From contig JBBAPZ010000004.1 in assembly GCA_040400605.1 (NCBI GenBank), positions 1-64,000 on the forward strand: a stretch of 64,000 nt of DNA, given 5' to 3'. Shown in pieces: positions 39,633-46,154 of the stretch (within the stretch, counting starts at the first letter, position 1; every line of letters begins with the position of its first letter). The DNA is from Candidatus Sericytochromatia bacterium. Its GTDB lineage: Bacteria; Cyanobacteriota; Sericytochromatia; S15B-MN24; JAQBPE01. Under the pieces are notes generated by a model, which saw only the letters and a list, made by a program, of their open reading frames with translations, was not told where the DNA came from and made no database searches. Made by a program: the position numbers and the translations under genes.

Positions 39633-40634
39633 ATGCTGGTCACGTTGTCCAGTTCTGACTGGATGCCAGGCTTGAAGGCGTGGTTGACGGAACAGGGTGT
39701 GGCGTCTCGGCCTGTGATGGGCGGGGCAAACTTGCTGGTTGATGCTTATGCTGGCCGTGCGGTGCAGGAACGCTTGATGTCGCATCCCGGCGTAGCCGCA
39801 GTTGAGGTGACGGCGGAGATTCCGGCCAGCGTGGTGCGCTTGGGTGAGGCGCGAATGGTGGGCCCGTGGGGTTCTGGTGAACTGCCGGTAATTGCGGGGC
39901 CTTGTGTCGTTGAAAGCAAGGAGCTTGTGTTTGAAACGGCGCGTTTTTTGGGTTCTGAAGGGGTACGGTTTTTGCGAGGCGGTTCAGACAAGACGCGGAC
40001 ACGGCCGGATGCGTTTCAGGGGCTTGGTTTGAAGGGTGCGGAGTTTTTAAAAGAGGCTGCTGAACGGTATGGGATGTTGAGTGTGTCGGAGGTGACCGAC
40101 TCTGGGGATTGGGAGGGAATTGCCCAGACCGTTGATGTGTTGCAGGTGGGTGCAAGGCACATGCACGCCCCGCGACATTTGCAGCGTTTGGGTCGGATGG
40201 GCAAGCCGGTGATTTTGAAACGTGGGCTGTCTGCGAGTCCGGAGGAGTGGTTGTGGGCCGCTGCATATCTGTTGGATGCGGGGGCGTCGGCGGTGTGGTT
40301 TTGTGAGCGGGGGATTCGCACGGCGCATCCGCTCAAGCGTTTCACGCTGGATCTGGGCGCCGTGCCGTTTATTCAAGGCATGACGCCGTTTCCGGTCTTG
40401 GTTGATCCGAGCCACGCTGCGGGCAGCTCGCCCTATGTTGCGCCGTTGGCCCGGGCGGCGTTGGCGGCTGGGGCTGACGGTATTGTGGTGGAGTGTCATC
40501 CCGAGCCTGCCAAGGCGTGTTCGGATGCGCTGCAGGCGTTGAGCTTTGATGGGATGCGCGCGTTGCTCGCGGATGTGCGGCGGCTTCAGGCGGTGATGGG
40601 TGAGTGTGGCGAGAAAGCAGGTCTCACGTGTTGA
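39633..40634 (+). CDS. aroF: 3-deoxy-7-phosphoheptulonate (DAHP) synthase, type I-beta, divergent
   Basis: IAGPC, RGG..KTRT..FQGLG, QVGAR, LKRG, CERGIRT and DPSH. Confidence 0.85.
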   Translation: MLVTLSSSDWMPGLKAWLTEQGVASRPVMGGANLLVDAYAGRAVQERLMSHPGVAAVEVTAEIPASVVRLGEARMVGPWGSGELPVIAGPCVVESKELVFETARFLGSEGVRFLRGGSDKTRTRPDAFQGLGLKGAEFLKEAAERYGMLSVSEVTDSGDWEGIAQTVDVLQVGARHMHAPRHLQRLGRMGKPVILKRGLSASPEEWLWAAAYLLDAGASAVWFCERGIRTAHPLKRFTLDLGAVPFIQGMTPFPVLVDPSHAAGSSPYVAPLARAALAAGADGIVVECHPEPAKACSDALQALSFDGMRALLADVRRLQAVMGECGEKAGLTC

Positions 40635-41599
40635 GTGTGCCTGATCCCCAAGCTTCGGTTGAAACCTATCGTGGTGCGCTGGCGTCGCGCATCACCAGTG
40701 CGTCGCAAAAACTGGAGGCTGCCGCTCGACATTTACTTGAGGCGCAGGGCAAGAACGTGCGTCCCCTGTGTCTTAAATTGGTTGGTGCGGCGTGTCATCC
40801 GGGCGGTTTGACACTTGATGCCCATGAGGAATTGGCAGAGGCAATCGAGTTGGTTCACGTGGGTTCGTTGATTCACGATGACATTTTGGATGAAGCGGAT
40901 ACCAGGCGTGGTGTGGATGCCGTTCATGTCCCTTGGGGCGCCAAGGTGGCGGTGTTGGCAGGTGATTTTTTGTTGGCTCAGGCCAGTCGCAAGGTGGCTG
41001 GTTTAAAGGAACCGTACTTAACTTTGCGATTGTCTGAGATGATCACCGATCTCTGCGAGGGTGAATTATTGCAAGATGAGCAACGGGGACAGTGCGATGT
41101 GACCATCGGGGCCTATCTGGAACGCATTGCGAAGAAAACCGCCAGTCCTTTTGAACTGGCTGCTGAAGGCGGCGCCTTGTTGTCAGGTGCTCCCAAGCGG
41201 CAAGTCGCGGCTGCGCGCCGTTTCGGTTTTCACATTGGTCGTTTGTTTCAACTGGTTGATGACAGTTTGGATTGGTATGGTGATGAGGCCACGCTCAAAA
41301 AACCGGTTGGTCAGGATTTTGAAGCCGGCTTTGTGACCTTGCCCTTGCTGGTGGCCCTGGAGCATCCGGTGGATGGTAGCCGGCTGTTAGACGCGCTTCG
41401 ACAGGATTTCTGGCGGGCTCGGACCTCGGCAAACCAGTTGGTGCAGCGCCTTGACAACCGCCAGCGCACCTTTGGTCTGCTGAATGAAGAGGCCGAGCGC
41501 GCGAAGGTATGGCTGAACGAATTGCCCGCGTGTGATGCGCGCGATGAGTTGGGGACGTTGTTGACAGAGATGATGCGTCGAGTGGCCCGTTATCAATAG
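40631..41599 (+). CDS. trans-polyprenyl diphosphate synthase (HepT/IspB-like)
   Basis: GKNVRP; FARM HDDILD..RRG; KTA; SARM DDSLD. Confidence 0.92.
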   Translation: MSVPDPQASVETYRGALASRITSASQKLEAAARHLLEAQGKNVRPLCLKLVGAACHPGGLTLDAHEELAEAIELVHVGSLIHDDILDEADTRRGVDAVHVPWGAKVAVLAGDFLLAQASRKVAGLKEPYLTLRLSEMITDLCEGELLQDEQRGQCDVTIGAYLERIAKKTASPFELAAEGGALLSGAPKRQVAAARRFGFHIGRLFQLVDDSLDWYGDEATLKKPVGQDFEAGFVTLPLLVALEHPVDGSRLLDALRQDFWRARTSANQLVQRLDNRQRTFGLLNEEAERAKVWLNELPACDARDELGTLLTEMMRRVARYQ

Positions 41600-41626
41600 G
41601 TGGCAGCGCCGTGGAGAGAATGTGAC

Positions 41627-42349
41627 ATGCGCCCAGTTTTACCCAGTCCAGATGATAAAGCGCGCTATGTGCAGGAGATGTTTAACACGATTGCATCCGC
41701 TTACGATGCGACCAATGATTACATGACAGCCGGTCAACACCGCCTGTGGAAGCGTCGGTTACTGGATGTCGTGCAGCCCCGACCGGGCGATCGCCTGTTG
41801 GATTTGGCCACGGGGACCGGGGATATCGCTTTACTGGCAAAGACGCGAATGGGCCCGGATGCCGGGGTGTTTGGGCTTGATTTTTCGGAAGAAATGCTGC
41901 GCGTGGCGCGAGTGCGTGATGCGCAAGATGCGGTGACGTGGGTCCAAGGGGACATGCTGCAATTGCCTTTCTCAGACGACCATTTTGATGTCGTCACCGT
42001 CGGCTTTGGCCTTCGTAACGTCGCAGACCTCGAGCAGGCCATCCGCGAGATTCACCGCGTTCTTAAACCGGGCGGGCGCTTCGCCTCCCTCGAGATGGGG
42101 CATCCGCGACAGCGTGTGCTGCGTCCTTTCATCAAGGGTTACAACACCTGGATCATGCCCTTGATTGGCAGGCTCACCACCGGACAAAGTACGCCCTATC
42201 GCTATTTGCAGCAATCCAGTGAGGCGTTTCTCTCCCAAGATGCCCTCGCACACCGCCTGGAAAAGCATGGTTTCCACCGTGCCGACGTCCAAGATCTTGC
42301 CTTTGGAACGCTGGCGATCGTCTCCGCCACCAAACCCCTATCAAACTGA
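41627..42349 (+). CDS. menG: demethylmenaquinone methyltransferase
   Basis: MFNTIASAYD, LDLATGTGD, FGLRNV, RVLKPGG and YRYLQQS. Confidence 0.93.
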   Translation: MRPVLPSPDDKARYVQEMFNTIASAYDATNDYMTAGQHRLWKRRLLDVVQPRPGDRLLDLATGTGDIALLAKTRMGPDAGVFGLDFSEEMLRVARVRDAQDAVTWVQGDMLQLPFSDDHFDVVTVGFGLRNVADLEQAIREIHRVLKPGGRFASLEMGHPRQRVLRPFIKGYNTWIMPLIGRLTTGQSTPYRYLQQSSEAFLSQDALAHRLEKHGFHRADVQDLAFGTLAIVSATKPLSN

Positions 42350-42352
42350 GCA

Positions 42353-42408
42353 GTATATACAACCAATCGGTCGAAATGCTTGACATTGTATATACCTGTA
42401 TATACGAT
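42353..42408 (+). promoter_or_regulatory. sigma70 promoter with three GTATATAC palindromic boxes
   Basis: TTGACA(42380)-N17-TACGAT(42403); GTATATAC at 42353, 42388 and 42398. Confidence 0.8.
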
Positions 42409-42440
42409 TAGTCTGTAGGATTTTGTGAAAGGGGTAGCAA

Positions 42441-43244
42441 ATGATGGCTCACGAAGCGACAGTGATTGAAAATGAAGGGGCCGCTGAGGCGCAGACGGCA
42501 GATGCACCGGTTCAGGAGCCTTCGGTATCGGAAGCTGCACCGGTTGAGGGTGAATTGAGTGGTGATGCGGGGCCTGATGGACAAGATGCAGGGCGCAAGG
42601 CGATTTCGTTGCGGATGCCCGTAGAGGATTTGGCGCGTGCAAAGGCGATTGCGGAGAAGCTTGACACGGGTTACCAGACTTTGTTGCTTGAGATCATTCG
42701 GGATGGTCTGGCTGAGCGTGAAGTGTCGCTCAAGATGCAGCAGTTGGTAAATGTGGTTCAGCAGTCTTTGCCTGAGCTGAAATTGATGAGTGCGGAAGAA
42801 CTGGTCAATGCACCGGCGGTGCAGGCGGCGCAAGAGTTTGTGGCCCTCCCGGCCATCAAGGCGGCGCAAGCGTTGATTGAGTCGCCCGCATTCAAGGCAG
42901 CGCAGGATCTCGCGCAGTCTCCTGCCGCAGGCAAAGTGCGTGATTTTGGCACGCAATCTGCCAACAAGGCCGCTGAGGGCTTGGCGAGTTCGCCGATCGG
43001 CAAGGCGGTTCAGGAATTGGTGGAATCCCCCACCATCAAAGCGGCACAGGAGTTGGCCAGCTCAGCCACAGCCAAGTGGGCGGATGACTGGGCGCGCTCT
43101 CCGGGCGGCCGACTCGCCAAGGCGATCGTACAACCGGCCCAGGCGTACGTGGACGAAGCCGTGCAATCACCGCAACTGGCTCAGCTGAATCAGGCCGTGA
43201 AGGACATGCAACAAGCCTTGCGGCAGGCAGGCTTGCTTAAATAG
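42441..43244 (+). CDS. CopG/BrnA-type ribbon-helix-helix domain fused to 12-aa amphipathic repeats
   Basis: RKAISLRMPVEDLARAKAIAEKLDTGYQTLL matches the RHH antitoxin pattern; about 9 LxxSPAxKAAQE repeats. Confidence 0.8.
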   Translation: MMAHEATVIENEGAAEAQTADAPVQEPSVSEAAPVEGELSGDAGPDGQDAGRKAISLRMPVEDLARAKAIAEKLDTGYQTLLLEIIRDGLAEREVSLKMQQLVNVVQQSLPELKLMSAEELVNAPAVQAAQEFVALPAIKAAQALIESPAFKAAQDLAQSPAAGKVRDFGTQSANKAAEGLASSPIGKAVQELVESPTIKAAQELASSATAKWADDWARSPGGRLAKAIVQPAQAYVDEAVQSPQLAQLNQAVKDMQQALRQAGLLK

Positions 43245-43262
43245 TCCCCACATCTCGTTTTC

Positions 43263-43295
43263 AAAAGGGGAGAGCCTGAATGGCGCTCCCCTTTT
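43263..43295 (+). terminator. intrinsic terminator
   Basis: AAAAGGGGAG-AGCC/GGC-GCTCCCCTTTT hairpin. Confidence 0.85.
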
Positions 43296-43738
43296 GCCAT
43301 GGTGCCTCAAGCAGGCGATCCATCGAAACACAAGACGGGCTGTCCCCCTGTGAGCAATCCTTGGCGCCAGCCATTCGCCTTTTCAATGAACAAGAGGTGA
43401 TCACCCCATGCGTGTCTACTTAAGCAACGCGTGTCAAAAATCTCCAAGTTTCATCGTTGGCTTACATTGTCCTCAGGTAGATTACTGGGATCGGCTCAGT
43501 GTTGATTATCTGGAGAAACCCGGAAACGGCTTCTTAAGTGATCACCATGTCTGGTCACCCAAACGACCGCTATCAACTTCTAGGCAAAGCGCACCCAAAA
43601 TAGCATCGCTGGCGGCTTGTTTTCACGCGGTGCCGACCACGCACAAAAAACGCAGAAATATGCGCTCGAAGACGCAAGATTCAAGCTTAATCATACGATA
43701 ACCTCACCACAATATTTAAGTTAAATAAGGAGCATGAC

Positions 43739-44164
43739 ATGACAATGGTGAATGGTTCCGTGTCGCGGGTGGCTTTGCAGAATGCGACGGCGCGTACGCA
43801 GCAGGCCCCGGTGGCGTCACATGGTTTGATGCCGGCAACGGATGTTTTGTGTCGTGATGGGCGGTATCTGAGTGAATATCGTGAAAAGGCGAATGTTCGG
43901 ATTGATGCGGCGAAGGATGAGGCCAGTAAAGCGCGGCGCGTGGTTAATGTGTTGGGGGTATCCGGGGGCGGTTTGGGTGTGACTGGTGGATTGTGGCTGT
44001 GGGGGCAGGGATTGGCTGCGGTGCCGTTGACGGCGTTTCTGGTCGGTGTGGGCTTGACGGGTGCTGCGATTGCGCTTCGCTTGGCGTCCGATGCCAAGGT
44101 CGCGAGTGTCACGCGACGGGCGGAGGCGCAATTTCAGCGTGACCGGCAGGCTTGCGAGTCTTGA
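43739..44164 (+). CDS. hypothetical protein with a hydrophobic Gly-rich hairpin
   Basis: AAGGAG RBS; two adjacent TM-like helices; followed by a hairpin at 44174-44201. Confidence 0.7.
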   Translation: MTMVNGSVSRVALQNATARTQQAPVASHGLMPATDVLCRDGRYLSEYREKANVRIDAAKDEASKARRVVNVLGVSGGGLGVTGGLWLWGQGLAAVPLTAFLVGVGLTGAAIALRLASDAKVASVTRRAEAQFQRDRQACES

Positions 44165-44257
44165 GGCGGATCCAGGGGGCGACGCGCGCGCGGTGCCCCC
44201 TTCAGCTTGCCTCAGTGTCTATTACAAGATTCGTTAGCCCGACTGACGCACACCGCG

Positions 44258-44365
44258 CAGTGATGCATTGGTTCTTGCTCAAAACTTAAGTGACAAACTT
44301 CAAACATGCCCTGATTGAACGGCAGCCAGCGTTCGATTGCCAAGCAAGTCCTCTTTTCGATATTG
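44258..44365 (-). repeat. dispersed intergenic repeat family, copy 8
   Basis: Reverse complement CAATATCGAAAAG...TTGCTTGGCAATCGAACGCTGGCTGCCGTTCAAT...AAGTTTTGAGCAAGAACCAATGCATCACTG. Confidence 0.7.
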
Positions 44366-44400
44366 GCGCACACGTTTCTGTTGCGATGCACCTTTGTGCG

Positions 44401-45405
44401 TCAGGGCTTGAGCCCATTGAGCGTGAACGCGTTGGGGGTCGCCTGGCGAATGCCCAAGGGGAGCAATTCGAAAGCGGCCTGTGACTGGGGGTTGTCCGGA
44501 AGTGTGATGGTCAGTTTCCCATTTTGAATACTGTCCGGTATACGCCAGAATTTTTGCCCGTTACCGTCAATGGTGATAATCACTTCGTCGCGTCGTGAGG
44601 GAATCGGTGAGGCGGTGATCTCGAGGCGATGGGTTCCGGTACGGTTAATATTGGTGCGTTGGATGGCTTCAATGACTGTGGTGGCTGCGATGAGGGACAG
44701 TGCCGGGGTTCTGGAAAGGGAGATGTTGAGGATCTGATCACTTTCGCAGCGTAAGCCGCCAGGTGTTCGCCCTGATGTGGTGATGAGCAGGTTGCCCCAA
44801 TCAGTCCGAGCGGGGTTGAGCGCAGGCAAGGTCCCTTCAAAGAATCCCTCTGCATTGCTGGTAACCGTCAGGTTGCTGCCGGCACCATTATTGGATTGTG
44901 AGTCGACCAGGCGAATGGTCGCGTTGGTTAGGGCAGCACCTCGTGGGTCGGTGGCTACGCCACCCACGAGGAGACTGGTTGCGGCTTGGGATGGGTATCC
45001 GGTCGCGGGAATCAGTGCTAGATTGATGCGAGACAGTCCACTAGCCGGGTTGATGGAGCAGGCGAGTCGTACGGGCAAGAACCCGTCGCTGCTGACCCGA
45101 AGGTGATAAGTGCCGCTTGGCACATCTTTGAAGCCATAGCATCCTGCTTCATCAGTTGTGCCTGTGAGTTTCAGTTCTTCAAGTTCGACGGCCACACCGG
45201 ATCGTCCGCGCCATTGTTGGTTCGCTTCAAGCGCGGCGACCTTGCCAACCAAGGTGCCAGGCGTAAGGGGTGTGCCGCGATTGGCGAGCGTAAAGGCGTA
45301 GGACGCCAGGGCGATCGCCTGGGGGATTGCTGCATTCGGAGTCAGACAACTGCAGACGAGGCCGGTCAGACAGACGCTCACCGTGCGAGCGATCACCCGC
45401 ATCAT
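44401..45405 (-). CDS. carboxypeptidase regulatory-like domain lipoprotein
   Basis: Lipobox-like LVCSC; TDEAGCYGFKDVPSGTY; paralogous to 46155-48623. Confidence 0.8.
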   Translation of the reverse strand: MMRVIARTVSVCLTGLVCSCLTPNAAIPQAIALASYAFTLANRGTPLTPGTLVGKVAALEANQQWRGRSGVAVELEELKLTGTTDEAGCYGFKDVPSGTYHLRVSSDGFLPVRLACSINPASGLSRINLALIPATGYPSQAATSLLVGGVATDPRGAALTNATIRLVDSQSNNGAGSNLTVTSNAEGFFEGTLPALNPARTDWGNLLITTSGRTPGGLRCESDQILNISLSRTPALSLIAATTVIEAIQRTNINRTGTHRLEITASPIPSRRDEVIITIDGNGQKFWRIPDSIQNGKLTITLPDNPQSQAAFELLPLGIRQATPNAFTLNGLKP

Positions 45406-46085
45406 TCTTTGAGCAGCACAAAATTGGACACATTGACCAAGTGTCCCGTTCCCAAGGTCACCGTCGTCGGCGCCGGATCACTGGCGTAGCCGGACTTGCG
45501 CACGGAGACATAGTATTTGCCCTGTGCCAGCCCACCAATCTGATAGGCCCCATTCGTGCCTGTCACAAGTTCCGCGCGCTGGGTCCCTGTCATTGGCCGG
45601 ATGGTCACAGTTGTCCCAGCCAAGGGCTGGATGGCGTTATCCGGTATGACCAGCACGGTAACGCCTGTAATGGTTGCTGGCCCTGGAGCAAGATTATTGA
45701 TAATCACCTGCGCCGTTACCGGTGTGTCGGTAGCACTGGCGAATGGCGTGGTGCTCGCTGCCACGCCACTGGGTGTCGGTACTCGAGATGGTTTCAAGGA
45801 CGCCAACACGGCTACCGACGCTTGAGTGGGCTCAGACGGAAACGCGCTCAGCGGCAGGGGTGACACATACCCTGACGGCAACGGTGTTGGTGATTCGGGT
45901 CGCGGCGGCCTCGACAGAGGCACTACAGCCGCTGACGCCCGAACCACTGGTTTGGCGCCAGCGGCTGCGAGTACCTTGCCGGCTTGGTTGCCATTTTTAG
46001 GCAGGGGCGTACGCACCGGCTGCGCCACGCACGCTGTGATGGATAGGATCAGGCAAACGACAGCACCGGGACGTGTGATAAACAT
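45402..46085 (-). CDS. Pro-rich lipoprotein with C-terminal carboxypeptidase regulatory-like domain
   Basis: Lipobox SITAC; TGTNGAYQIGGLAQGKYYVSVRKSGY. Confidence 0.8.
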   Translation of the reverse strand: MFITRPGAVVCLILSITACVAQPVRTPLPKNGNQAGKVLAAAGAKPVVRASAAVVPLSRPPRPESPTPLPSGYVSPLPLSAFPSEPTQASVAVLASLKPSRVPTPSGVAASTTPFASATDTPVTAQVIINNLAPGPATITGVTVLVIPDNAIQPLAGTTVTIRPMTGTQRAELVTGTNGAYQIGGLAQGKYYVSVRKSGYASDPAPTTVTLGTGHLVNVSNFVLLKE

Positions 46086-46108
46086 CTTGGAGGCCTCTTG
46101 GCACATCG

Positions 46109-46144
46109 AAAGAAACGGGGACACCTTGGCGCGGTGTCCCCGTT
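46109..46144 (-). terminator. intrinsic terminator/stabilising hairpin inside the lipoprotein operon
   Basis: Perfect 12-bp stem AACGGGGACACC/GGTGTCCCCGTT followed by TCTTT on the minus strand. Confidence 0.75.
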
Positions 46145-46154
46145 CAATCGATAA

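Noticed and set aside
42350..43400. BrnT/BrnA toxin-antitoxin operon
   Set aside because: No toxin ORF fits between the promoter and the terminator.
4711..44365. CRISPR array or integron attC interpretation of the dispersed repeats
   Set aside because: Copies are kilobases apart, in both orientations and degenerate; no clear RYYYAAC/GTTRRRY ends; no cas or integrase gene.
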